Assembly: GCF_009914755.1 (NCBI RefSeq)
Contig: NC_060947.1
Length of the DNA: 64,000 bases
DNA from: the human T2T-CHM13v2.0 reference genome, Homo sapiens
Strand: one strand, 5' to 3'
This document shows positions 13,284 to 27,252 of the stretch, one piece after another; within the stretch, counting starts at the first letter, position 1, and every line of letters starts with the position of its first letter. The notes beneath the pieces are model-generated. The model had not been told where the DNA came from. It made no database searches and was given only the letters and a program-made list of their open reading frames with translations. The position numbers and the translations under genes were made by a program.

Positions 13284-15090
13284 GTATAAATATATTTATA
13301 GATATATTTATCTATAAAGATATATTTATAGATATATTTATCTATAAAGATATATTTATAGATATATTTATCTATAAAGATATATTTATAGATATATTTA
13401 TCTATAAAGATATATTTATAGATATATTTATCTATAAAGATATATTTATCTATAAAGATATATTTATAGATATATTTATCTATAAAGATATATTTATAGA
13501 TATATTTATCTATAAAGATATATTTATCTATAAAGATATATTTATAGATATATTTATCTATAAAGATATATTTATAGATATATTTATCTATAAAGATATA
13601 TTTAGATATATTTATCTATAAAGATATATTAATATATATTTTTATCTATAAATATATATTAATATATATTTTTATCTATAAATATATATTAATATATATT
13701 TTTATCTATAAATATATATTAATATATATTTTTATCTATAAATATATATTAATATATATTTTTATCTATAAATATATATTTATATACATTTATATCTATA
13801 AATATATATTTATATACATTTATATCTATAAATATATATTTATAGATGAAAATATATATAAATATCTATAAATATATATTTATATATATTTTCATCTATA
13901 AATATATGTTTATATATATTTTTATCTATAAATATATATTTATATATATTTTTATCTATAAATATATATTTATAGATAAAAATATATATAAACATATATT
14001 TATATATATTTCTATCTATAAATATATATTTATATATATATTTTTATATGTATTTATATATATAAATATATATTTATATATATTTTTATATATTTATATA
14101 GTAATATGTATTTTTATATATAAAAATATATTTATATATTTATATATATTTTTATATATAAATATATATTTATGTATTTATATATTTTTATATATATATA
14201 TTTATATATTTATATATATAAATATATATTTATATATTTATATATATAAATATATAAATATATATTTATATATATAAATATATATTTATATATTTATATA
14301 TTTTTATATATAAATATATATTTATATATTTTTATATATAAATATATATTTATATATTTTTATATATAAATATATATTTATATATTTTTATATATAAATA
14401 TATATTTATATATTTTTATATATAAATATATATTTATATATTTTTATATTTATATATAAAAATATATAAATATATATTTATATATTTATATATATATAAA
14501 TATATATTTATATATTTTTATATATAAATATATATTTATATATTTTTATATATAAATATATATTTATATATTTTTATATATAAATATATATTTATATATA
14601 AAAATATATAAATATATATTTATATATTTATATATTTTTATATAAGTATATATTTATATATTTATATATTTTTATATAAGTATATATTTATATATTTATA
14701 TATATTTATATATATATATTTATATATATAAATATATATTTTTACATATTTATATACATAAATATATATTTATATATATTTTTATATATAAATATATATA
14801 TTTATATATATAAATATATATTTATATATTTTTATATATTTTTATATATAAATATATTTTTATATATAAATATATATTTATACATTTATATATATTTATA
14901 TATATATTTATATATTTTTATATATATATTCATATAAATATATATTTATTTTTATATATTTATATATATAAATTATTTATATTTATATATAAGTATAAAA
15001 TAAATATAAAATATATATAAAAATACAAAAATACATATATATATTATATATAATATATAAATAATGATATAGAGATATATATATCTCGTG
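13284..15090. repeat. ~1.8-kb AT-rich minisatellite / (TA)n-rich array
   Basis: 30-mers gatatatttatctataaagatatatttata (18+12 subunits), then aatatatatttttatctataaatatatatt, then degenerate TA/TTTA/TAAA sequence. Confidence 0.97.
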
Positions 15091-15728
15091 ATATATTTAT
15101 CGTCACAACTTATAATTGGGTGTATTATACCCAGGAGGCTTTGTTAAAAGTTATTTTATCCTGTTAGCAAACATTTTCCTTTAATTTTATAGTAAGCACA
15201 AAATTTTTATGGTTGGGTTGGATGCAAAAGTGACACATCATACTTTAGAAGGCAACTAAACTTGTTTTACCAGCTGTTTAGGCATTTTTTTTTTAGTATC
15301 CTGTTCTTGATTTAGAGGGTTTGATTTTGTCCTAATTTTATTCCTCAAACCCAGCCTTTACGATCTTAACGCACCCACCTCTTCCGCAGTAGTCCCTGGG
15401 CCTAGAGGGAGGCAACTTGTATGGTTTTAGCAGCAGAGCATTAGTAGTGAAACAAATCCGATCCCAGTGGGATGCCAAATGACGGAGATTCATATCTCTG
15501 GCCTTCAGAATACCATGATTTTGGTTTCCTTGGAAGTAAAACAAAAAGAGATAAATAACATTTATTGTTTGGCAGTTATAAGAGTAATTTGTATGTTAAA
15601 ACAGAAAGAGGAACCTATTCCATTAGGACACCAACTAAAAACATGAAGAAAAATTATAATCCGGTACTTTTTAGAGGATTATTATAGCCAAGAAATAATG
15701 TTTTAATCTGCACTTAAAAAGTCAGGGC

Positions 15729-16023
<295 letters not shown>

Positions 16024-17129
16024 TTACACTTTACCCTTTAAACATTTTTTTAGTTGCCTTTTTTATTAAAGACAATATTACAGCAAGGACAATTTGTGTG
16101 CAAGGTTAGTTTTTGGCTTATTATGCTTGCCTGATTATTTGCATAAAATGCAGAAAGAAATTGGCTGTATAGACTCTCTATAAAGTTCGTTTTGCTGAAA
16201 CTTTATCTAAAAATAGACTGTTTTAGTTTCAGTCTTGGTAAAATAACCAGTGTCTCCAGTTGTTTAAAAAAAAAAAAAACTATCATTGAACTTATGCAGG
16301 TAACTATATTGTCATAAAATTGCAATTTGAATTTTGCAGAACTCAGAAAGTAAATTTGCTTACGAAAACATACTTTACCCAAATCACTTAAAAGAAAAAG
16401 ATTTTCCTGACCCTCCTTTAACCAGAGCAGCAGCTTTTAAGACAAGATGTTGTTTACTTTGGAAATGTCATTTACAAACCAAACAGCTCAGGAGAGCTAT
16501 TAGGCACTCTGGAATTTAGCAGTTCCTTAGGATTAGTCCTAGAAAAGAGGCTCTTTGCTTATTAGGTAGCAAGATTTTATGTAAACCATTTTTATTTAAT
16601 CATGGAACTTTTTGGGAAACATTATTTTCATTAATATACGGGTAGCTTTAGTTAATATTCCACGGCAAGGCAGTAAATGACCATCAAGTAGAACCTCTCT
16701 ACCTCAGTTGTTGTTGTTGAAAAGTATTTACAGTTTTTGCTATCAGCCCTGATAAGTGCTTCACACAAAAGGCTATCCAGTGGAGGATTTACATGAGCAG
16801 ATTTACACGTCTTCAGTTTTATAGTACTAGAAAAGGAAAACCACCCTTCAGTTAGATATAGTACCCATTTTTATAAGACAAAAAGGGGTTACAACTAACC
16901 TACATAAAGCTTGTTTAAACATCTTATATTTTATAATTTTATTAATTTGTATGTTTTCATGTTCTGTTCCCAGGAAGCCTTTTTTTTTTACCCCCAGACC
17001 ATTTGGCCTTTTCTGGTGAAAAGGGTTTGGGTTCCCAGCAGGGAGCTGCATCTATGAGGGACAGCAGATTAGATAAGGCTTTTAAAAAGACCTATGGTTC
17101 TGTGGGAGGGGCACCCATGTAAAAGTGGC

Positions 17130-17690
17130 CCCCTTAACCCCCAAATTTACCATGACCAGGGTAACAGACACATTAGGTGGGATTGGGTGGGATGATATCC
17201 CAGTTATCATAAAGCTATTCCAACATGGCTTGCATAAGAAACAGAATAACTGGTTTTTCTGGGGTACTTTACTTGGTATTTTGGAGGGAGAGTTGGGCAG
17301 CCTCCTTTTCAGGGCAAACAGACCTTATAATGGCATTATCTGGCCCACTAGGCTGATTGCTTTTTCAGGAATAACCCCCTGTGCATTTGGATCACATATA
17401 CTCAGTGACTGTTCAGTAATGAGCTGTGCGTCCTACATTAATCCAAACATGCTCTTAAATTCTGTAGCATTTAAAATTAAAAATTTTGTCTTTCTTTAAA
17501 TGTCTTTAAAGTGGTTATTTTTACAATTCACTATAGTAAAGGTTTTTTTTTTTTTTTAGAAGCTGAATTACACCGATCTACCAAATGGAACAATTTCTTT
17601 ATATTACACGCTTTGGTTTTAACTAGTTACTCAGTTTTGCCCTTCCCCCATATCAACTGTTTTCTTGGTAACCACAGCGCTCAGAGTCAA
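17130..17690 (-). pseudogene. Degenerate gag-like relic inside the MER4 internal region
   Basis: Manual minus-strand translation with frameshifts: ...KKLFHLVDR...KPLL**IVKITTL...LILNATEFKSMFGLM*DAQL..., reminiscent of ERVL-type gag. Confidence 0.5.
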
Positions 17691-19335
17691 CTTTTGCTGC
17701 CAGAGCTTGGTTTTCAAAATCAATTTAGTTTTATCTGTAGAATTTCCTTCATTATAAAGAAACCCTTAAATAGTTTCTTAACCAAAAACCTTACATTTCT
17801 TTGAAAATTGATATCTTTTGGTTTTATAAAATTTTACCAAAAGCATTTTTATGTTCCTACTATTTTTAACTTTTAGTAACCCAAATTTCCAGTGGGGAAA
17901 AAAACTGAGGTTTTATCATGACTTTAAGATGTTAAATTACTGAAGAATGTTTTAAGATTAAATTTACCAAATTTAATTTTTTAAAACATTACCAAGGTTA
18001 TGTAAATCAAAAGGCATCCGAGCTAGCTATTACCAATCTAATAAGCACTTACATTTTTTAAGTTACTTGATTAGAGCTCTTTCATGTAGTTTGGTAGTGA
18101 AATATCACTTCTATATGACACATATAAAGATAGAGATATAATAGGCATGCAGAATAAAAGTCATGTTCAAAAGATACTTTATTTGCCTGTTTTCAAAAAC
18201 AATTTTTCTCCTTTACTTTAGATAATTAGTAAAAGTCATAGGAGCCAAAAAAAAAAAAAAGGTGAAGGACCACCGTTCAAGGCCTTTTTAAAAGAAAGAG
18301 TGGCACTTTTAAGATATCAACTTGAAGAATGTTAAAGAAACAGATTATAGAATTTAAAAATTTAAAAACGTCTTGCATTCAAAATAAATCAATACTTGTA
18401 ATAAAAATTTGTTTTAAACAATTATTTAGCTTCGTACTAGTGTATGTTTTAATATTAAATAGCCATCTCTAGGAATATTATTATGATTTCTTTTTGATTA
18501 TAGCCAACTGAATTATACAGCCCCTTTAAAAAATTTATTTTACTAACGTTATTATGACTTACATAGTTCATTCGCAATGTGTTTAGACTCTTTTGTCTTA
18601 AATATCTCTCTTTCTTGTACAACACCATCATTTTTATTTTAGGACAAAAATTTACTATGCAAGATCTTTTCTTATATAAACTGAGTGTCCCTTTTACTTT
18701 TTTTCACCAAAAATACATCTTTATATCTTTAACTTTCTTTACATCTCTTATTTCCTGAGTCCTTTATATTGTTTTATACATAACCCTTAAATAAGCCTTG
18801 AATTAGACAAATATATTTTACTTTTAATAAGAACATTTAAAAAATTGTTTTCCTGTAATTGTTAAATTGGAAATTGCCCAGATACTTAATATCAATTAAT
18901 AACCTTAGATCCTAAATTATGACAAGTTTGTTTACAAGTATTTATTCCATTACCTTTACCTGATTAATTTAAGTTTACCTAGATAATTTACAAAAAAACT
19001 GTGATAGCAAATATTTAAAGTTATTTTTCTATTAACCATTTTTATAGCTGCGGATTTCAGGTATTTACCTAAGTAACAAAGCTTATGATTAGTTTTATGA
19101 ATAACTCAGTATTCAGCTGTTTTTATTTAAGCCAACAATATTTCATAATCATATACAATCAAAGATTATTCTGTCTTGGGCTAGGTTTTATAGTTTATAA
19201 TCCTTATGGCAAATCTTGGCAAGTCTTATAGTATTTGGCAGGAATTAAACATGAAACTACTTGATCAATAGATGCAAACAAAATGCTAACAATTCTAAAG
19301 ACATCATTATTTTACCATAATCTTAAAGCCAGCTT

Positions 19336-20175
<840 letters not shown>

Positions 20176-20281
20176 ATTTGACTTGTCTTCCTTTTTTTTT
20201 TTTAAGTATCTGATTTAAGCTCTTTTTTCGAAGCCAATTAATTAGAGCTCTTCATATATTTTTAGTCCTGAAAATATTGTG

Positions 20282-20588
20282 GGCTGGGTGTGGTGGCTCA
20301 TGCCTGTAATCCCATCATTTTGGGAGGCCAAACTGGATGGATCCCCTGAGGTCAGGAGTTGGAGACCAGCCTGAACAAAATGGAGAAACACCATCTCTAC
20401 TAAAAATACAAAATTAGTGGGGAGTGGTGACACAAGCTTGTAATCCCAGCTACTCAGGAGGCTGAGGCAGGAGAATCGCTTCAACCCATGAGGCAGAGGT
20501 AACAGTGAGCCAAGATCGCGCCATTGCACTCCACCCTGAGCAACAAGAGCAAAACTCCGTATCAAACAAAAAAAAAAAAAAAAAAAAA
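20282..20588 (+). mobile_element. Alu (AluSp-like)
   Basis: Full dimer. TSD GAAAATATTGTG (20270-20281 / 20589-20600). Confidence 0.95.
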
Positions 20589-21510
20589 GAAAATATTGTG
20601 TGTACACACATAAATATATAGATGTATTTAGGCATGCTGACAGAAGTATTTCATACATTCATGAGATACTTCCTTTTTCCTTCTTTTTTTCTATTTCTAT
20701 TTTAGACTTTTAAATTCTTGAAAACATGTTGCATCACCCTAGGCAGTCATTCCCTAAATAGCCCCAAATTTGCATATTAAAGGAAACAACTCAGATCAAG
20801 ATCAGATAGCAAAATTTACATCATAAGGTATGGGGAGAAAGTCTGGTGTGCTAGAGGGAAATTAAAACGAATTTAATTGCCATTTGAACATAAAATTATA
20901 GAAATCTATTCTAAAGGCCTTTATATATATACACCCATATACATACATACACACAAAGTTCTCATAGCTATTACTTCAGTACTTTAGCCATGAGACAAGT
21001 ACAACTTTGCCAGCTTGCAGAAAACACTGTTAGATCCGAACAGTGGTTTTCATCTTAGTAGAAGAGTAACAGAAGATTTAAAGCAGGAAGAAAAGAAAAT
21101 AGAGAAAGAGAACCTTAGGTCGACCTTAGCAGTCTTTTTCCTTAGTGTAAAATGTGCACAAAGGCCATATTACTTCAAGTAGAGGTGCCATAAAACCTAA
21201 GGAGTGCTCGAAAGGGGGTCATTCTCCTTGTTTTCACTTTTTTCGTAGCTAATTCTGAGAGAAAAGCAATTGAGAAGACCCTTTAGAAATGCATCTCCTA
21301 ACTTGAATTAAGATCCGTAAACAACACCTTCCCAGGAAAAAACAGCTTAGAATAAATTAAGGACCTCAACCAAAGGGAGGTCCAGGGCTCAGGAAGACTT
21401 ACCCATTCCACTGGAGGAGAAGCTCGAACTCGGTGGGGCTTCAGTGGGCCCGTGCTAGTACCTTAGTTCTGGTTTCCACAACTCCTTCGGGTTCCTGAGT
21501 CTTCTCTGAG

Positions 21511-21531
21511 GCTCCACGTGTTTGGGTGCCA
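21511..21531 (-). other. Retroviral primer-binding site, tRNA-Lys-like
   Basis: TGGCACCCAAACACGTGGAGC, 6 nt after the 5' LTR end. Resembles TGGCGCCCAACGTGGGGC with 3 extra nt. Confidence 0.6.
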
Positions 21532-21537
21532 GATTAT

Positions 21538-21965
21538 TGTTGACGAAAAGAGTCAAACTCTGTAAAATATTTTAAGAGATTAATTCTGAGCCAAATATGA
21601 GTGACCACGGCCTGTGACACAGACCTCAGGAGGTTCCGAGAACATGTGCCCAAGGTGGTTGGGGTACAGCTTGGTTTTATATATTTTAGGAAGGCATGAG
21701 ACATATTAGGAAGGCATGTAGATTTTTCCCATAAGAGATTTTGCAGGGCAATTTCAATGTATGGCACGGAAATATATTTTTGGGTAAAACATTTTGATTT
21801 TCTTCCTTGTTATGCCAGAGTCAGATCGGAAAGTAAGTAATTATATACAGGGTTAAATAAAACCCATCTGATGAGAATGTATGGTTTGTAGGGCATGACT
21901 CCCCAGACCACTTAGAAAGGAATTTGGGCAAGATAAAAGAAAAAAAAATCAGAGCTTAATCCTCA
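21538..21965 (-). mobile_element. MER4-family 5' LTR, internally deleted
   Basis: Both ends homologous to 9363-9826, but a different middle segment is retained. Confidence 0.88.
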
Positions 21966-22030
21966 TAAGGTTTAGTACTATCCACAATTTCAGGCATCCA
22001 GTTGGGGGTCTTGGAATGTATCCCCTACTA
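21966..22030 (+). mobile_element. MER44/Tigger7, right part
   Basis: ggtttagtactatccacaatttcaggcatccagttgggggtcttggaatgtatcccc matches the MER44 3' end. Followed by TA. Confidence 0.85.
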
Positions 22031-22420
22031 TATATATTTTTCTATTAGTGATGTTGCACCTCATTTCACATGTTCATATGTTTAAATTCACTTATATTTT
22101 TCTACAAACTGTCTATACATATGCTCTGCCTATTTTTCTGTAGGGTTTTTAGCTCGTTCTTATCGACTTTTAGAATTTTTTTGTAAAGTGAGGAAATTAC
22201 TGCCTCGTCAGAAGTGTATTTTATATCCTGTTCTCTCTTGTTTGCATTTTGTCTTTATTTATGGTACTGTTTCAATGAATATAATTATAAGTTTTATAAA
22301 GCAGTTATGTGTATCTCATTTTAATGGTTTTTAGATTTTGTGTATTGCTTTAAAAAAACTTTAATTAATTCAGGATTCTTTAAATATATTTCCTAAGTTT
22401 TCTTCTAGCTGTTTTATAAT
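22031..22420 (-). mobile_element. Old L1M fragment, right part
   Basis: ttagtgatgttgcacctc...ctctgcctatttttct continues the L1 broken at 8829. Confidence 0.65.
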
Positions 22421-23539
22421 ACCCAGCTTAAAAATCTACAATTTTAAATAAACCATAACAAAACAACATACTCAGATCTCAGAGATACATTATCCTAGTA
22501 AAGGATTAGAAAATCAATTATAGAAATGTATCCATGATGGATGAATCCTAATTCAGTCACTTATTTAGAATAGACTTACATAAAATTTGTGAAACATGGA
22601 ACTACATGGTAGACGAAGTGAACTTTCTTCAGAATCATTAACATGGAAAAATGTGGGGACAAACAAATTATTCTTACATCCAATACTTAAGGAAAAAATT
22701 GTATGTGCATGTAGTTGTAAAAGAATGGTCAGAAATATTGCTGCAACATGCTAAAAGTTGCATTAACTCAATATTTCTCTTTTTTGCTGTGGCACGTTGT
22801 AGCAGGATTGAGGGACAATAATGATTGGATAGTGAGTTTTCTGCTATGTTCAAACCAAGTTACTTCCACAGAGAGAAGTTCATCCTGCTGACGGAACTGC
22901 TTTCCAGAGATAGAAGATGGAGGCTCTCATACTAAATTAAGGCTACATGAAGCATGCATGTATTTCTTCCTGTTAAATTCTGAAGGGCTTACTTGTTGGC
23001 AGAAATGACTCATAATGACTTAAACAGATATCCATCTGTAGTGTATTAAATAAATGAGAGGCTGAAATTACTTAAGAGATGCTCAATGTATTTGCAGAAA
23101 CAATAAGCTTTGAAAAAGGGAGATGAAGCTTTATTTCCCCAGGAAATTTCAGTGCTTCATTCAACACATGAATACAAACCTAATTTAGTGCAATGTCACT
23201 GGTAGACGAGGGACTCAATTTCAGGAATGTGAAGTATGCTGCATTTTTTTTGGCATGCTCTGTGGTCCCTCTAAAAACCCTTTTTCTGAACATTATTAAA
23301 TTAGACACATTTCTTTCTTTATGCTTGACATCACTTTTAGGATTAAGATAAAAACCAGGAACTCACCTGTACAATTTTGCCTTATCATTTACAATAAAGA
23401 TTAAGACCAGCAAATGAAAATAATGCATACAGTGTTTTCATGAAAGGCTGGACAAAAGCTGCTGAATTAATACTACTTTAAATTGCTGCACTGTACACAT
23501 ACAGAAACTCAGTCAGAACAAAAACATCAATGCAGATCC

Positions 23540-24290
23540 ATAGCCCTGGTTTACGGAATAAGACTGTGATCTTTAGATTAAAATGAAGTTCCCACAACAC
23601 CTTGTTTTTGTGACCTAAGAGAAGTTTATAAATCTTTCTGATACTCCATTGGCTCATTTATTGATTCGGAATACCTAACTCACAGGGATTTTCAGAAGAT
23701 TAAATAAGAAAATATATGAAAACTTCCTAAATTCATAAATTTCTAAAGCTTACAATAAGCACTCAATTGATGTTAGCTATTTTCATTTGATAATTTTTCC
23801 CTCAATGCTGTGAAGTTAACATGTCTAGCCCAGTGCCTGCCATGTAGTAAATGCCCAATAAATGCTAGTTGCATCTGAAAGGCATGTGATTAACTACTTC
23901 AAACTAAAATGTTAATGACACAGTAACTTATTTTGTTTTAGAGTGAAAGATATTATTTTCTATATCCACTTGAAGGAAGAATTATTTTAGATGGTATCAC
24001 CTTAATTCAAGCTTATGTGTTATTAATAGTGTATGTTCTACAAATATTGCTGATTGACAGAAAAATTCTGTAAGGTCTGTATAGATTTTCTTCATCTGTC
24101 AGGTCCCAAAAGAAACTTATAATCAGAAACTAGGATTTATTGTGGTTAGGAACATGGACTTGGATTCAGAATGATCTGAACTCAAGGCCTTGCTCTATCA
24201 CTTTTTAGTTATGTGTCCCTTGGATAAGTCACTTAAGATTTCTGAAACTTAGGTTGTAACTCAGTACATGTTATTTTTATTGTTGTCATT
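23540..24290 (+). mobile_element. MIR (~23540-23782), L2 3' end (~23820-23880), MIR (~24140-24290)
   Basis: tgtgacct..gagaagtt...acctaactcacaggg; ctagcccagtgcctgccatgtagtaaatgcccaataaatg; tgtgtcccttggataagtcacttaa. Confidence 0.7.
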
Positions 24291-25258
24291 AGTTGAGGCA
24301 GAACATTTTCTTTGACATCGCCTTTAAGTACAGGGCGCAACGTTTTCTGGTATACGCAAATCTCACCCCCTAAATGTACTTACATGGAAGAAGTGACTAT
24401 CCAGAGTCTCAAAAAGCGCAATATAGTACATATCAATTAAAGTACAGACATCAGGGATTATATGTTTGCATCACTGTGTACATGAAGACACACTTCCTTA
24501 AAGATTTGAAATGCTTCACAGAGGACTTTATAATATTACACTTTCAAATCATAATAAATGCATTAATCATAAATCCTGCATTTCCTATATGCTAAATGTA
24601 TTTCCTACAGCCACCATGTAATATAATTGGATTTGGAAAAGTAAGGACATTTTGAAAAGCAAAAACACCTTTTTCAGGTTGTTGTACTAGGTTACTCCTA
24701 GTAACCTGAGATTCCTGCACAAATGTAGCAGGACATAAAATTCCAACAAAAGCAGGTACCAAAAAATTTTCATCATCTTGTCTTTCTTCCTTGACTTGGG
24801 TCAGAAGCTCATTGTATTTTAAGACACAAACATTTTTAACTCAGTGACCTGAAAGCCAAAGGTTTTTCAGAAAGACCTTAATTCAGTGACATTATACAAC
24901 TTATCTTAATGCTTGAGAATCTAGTACCTATCTGTGCTTTACAACACTTACTGAATTTCCTTCTTAATAATCTCTACATTCTTCTGTGAATGTTTGCTTC
25001 TCAAAGATATAAAATGTGAAGTTTTTCATAACTATATCTGTAGTGTTGATAAAATGATAGTCAAATTATATAAAGCTGTTAGAAGAATATTAAAATAATG
25101 AAGGTGAGAGATAATTGAGGGTTGAAAATAAGTCAATGGCAGTGGAGGCAAACAAAAAGCTATTCCCTAAAACTTGTGGGGTTTGGGAAAAATTCCAAAA
25201 ATAAGATAATTTAACAATTATTGTGCAGTTCTAGGTGTTCTACTGATGAGGCAGGAAT

Positions 25259-25568
25259 TTTGTTTTTGTTTTTGTTTTTGTTTTTGTTTTGAGACGGAGT
25301 CTTGCTCTGCTGCCCAGGCTAGAGTGCAGTGGCGCGATCTAAGCTCACTGCAAGCTCCATCTCCCAGGTTCACGCCATTCTCCTGCCTCAGCCTCCTGAG
25401 TGGCTGGGACTACAGGCGCCCATCACAATGCCTGGCTAATTTTTTGTATTTTTAGTAGAGACAGAGTTTCACCGTGTTAGCCAGGATGGTCTTGATCTGA
25501 CCTCATAATCTGCCTGCCTCAGCCTCCCAAAGTGCTGGGATTACAGGCGTGAGCCACCGCGCCTGGCC
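25259..25568 (-). mobile_element. Alu (AluY-like) with (TTTTTG)n tail
   Basis: gcaagctcc...ttcacgccattc and gtgttagccaggatggtc diagnostics. TSD starting aggaat. Confidence 0.93.
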
Positions 25569-25946
25569 AGGAATGTTTTGATGAGTAATAAAATAAATAC
25601 ATAAATAATTCATAAATTTGTTATATTTATTTTATCAAATATATATTTCTTACATTTATTTCACCAAAATCACCAATGATGTTTTCATGATAACGATTTT
25701 CACATTATTTGTGTTCTGCTTGCAGCAATGCTAAATATGACAACATGTCTTGAGTCATGGTAATTTCTAGCTAGTTTTTCATTAGTTTCAATTTGAAGAA
25801 ATTCTTTTCATTTGAAATAGTAGTAACTGCAATTGTCAATAACATTATTAACTTCCAAGAGATACTTAGATTATACAATGAACCATTATATTAGTTAGCC
25901 TTTCTTGTATAATAAAATCTTATTGACTTAAGACAGCAATTATTTT

Positions 25947-26258
25947 GGCCGGGCGTGGTGGCTCACCCCTGTAATTCCAGCACTTGGGAGGCCGGGGCGG
26001 GTGGATCACCTGAGGTCAGGAGTTTGAGACCAGCCTGACCAACATGGTGAAAACCCGTCTCTACTAAAAATGCAAAAATTAGCTGGGTATGGTGGCACAT
26101 GCCTATAATCCCAGCTACTCGGGAGGCTGAGGCAGGAGAATTGCCTGAACCTGGGAGTTGGAGGTTGCAGTGAGCCGGTCATTGTACTCCATCCTGGGCA
26201 ACAAGAGTGAAAGTCCTTCTCAAAAAAACAAAACAACAAAAAACAAACAAACAAAAAA
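25947..26258 (+). mobile_element. Alu (AluSq-like), apparently inside a short MLT1-like fragment (~25887-26320)
   Basis: Full dimer with (CAAA)-type tail. Flanks resemble an antisense MLT1 end (tattagttag...cttaagacagcaat.atttatt). Confidence 0.9.
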
Positions 26259-26948
26259 GCCAATCATTTATTACTTCAGGATTCTGCATTCCAGCAGTTT
26301 AGACTAGATTCACCTCATGATAAATAAGTTACAAAACATTGTGACCATATTTTTTCAATAAACTGCAATCACCTAGTTCAAAAATTATGGGCAAACACTG
26401 TAATGGAATTACATCTTATAAAATAGTGTTATTATAAAACATATTAATTTCATCACACAAATCCCCATGCCTTATGTTGTAATTTTCACTATTTTCAATG
26501 CATGATCTAAATCCATAGAATATTTTTTATAAAAATTAAAATCTGTTTATTGAAGTATCATTTCAGGTCCTCTAAACATTTTCAGGATTCCTTATTTTGT
26601 AAAATAGTAATGTGCACATAAGAACACATGAAAGAGTTAAATAGTCAAACCACAGTGAAACAGAAAATAAATAGAGTTTAACCTTAACTACTGAAAGCAG
26701 TGCAGAAATTGATAATACCACACAGGAAGTAAATGTCATGTAAAGATCTCTGAAAAATGCAAGAAAAATTCCTGATAGCATCCGTATTAGAGGTATGTTG
26801 TTTTTCACCAAAAGTAATGGACTTTTACTAATTTATTTATTTATTTATTTTTAAGTTGTGTTTTAAGTTTAGGGGTACATGTGCAGGTTTGTTACATAAG
26901 TAATCTTGTGTCATGGGATTTGTTATTCAGATTATTTCTTCACCCTGG

Positions 26949-27252
26949 TTTTTTGTTTGTTTGTTTGTTTTTTAAGATGGAGTCTTGCTCTGTCGCCCAG
27001 GCTGGAGTGCAGTGGTGCTATCTTGCCTCACTGCAACCTCCACCTCCCGGGTTGAAGCAATTCTCCTGCCTCAGCCTCCCCAAAGCTGGGATTACAGGTG
27101 ATGGCCACCACACCCGGCTAATTTTTCTATTTTTGGTAGAGACGGGGTTTCATCATGTTGGCCAGGCTGATCTCAAACTCCTGATCTTGTGATCCGCCCG
27201 CCTCGGCCTCCCAAGATGCTGGGATTACAAGCGTGAGCCACCGTGCTTGGCC
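26949..27252 (-). mobile_element. Alu (AluS)
   Basis: Antisense dimer inside the L1. Confidence 0.93.

Noticed and set aside
13271-14277. ORFs of 116 aa and 143 aa (DIFIYK and YIFI repeats)
   Set aside because: Translations of the AT-rich tandem array, with no coding signal.
17125-17804. + strand ORFs of 124 aa and 97 aa
   Set aside because: Antisense to the decayed proviral gag-like relic, with no recognisable domain.
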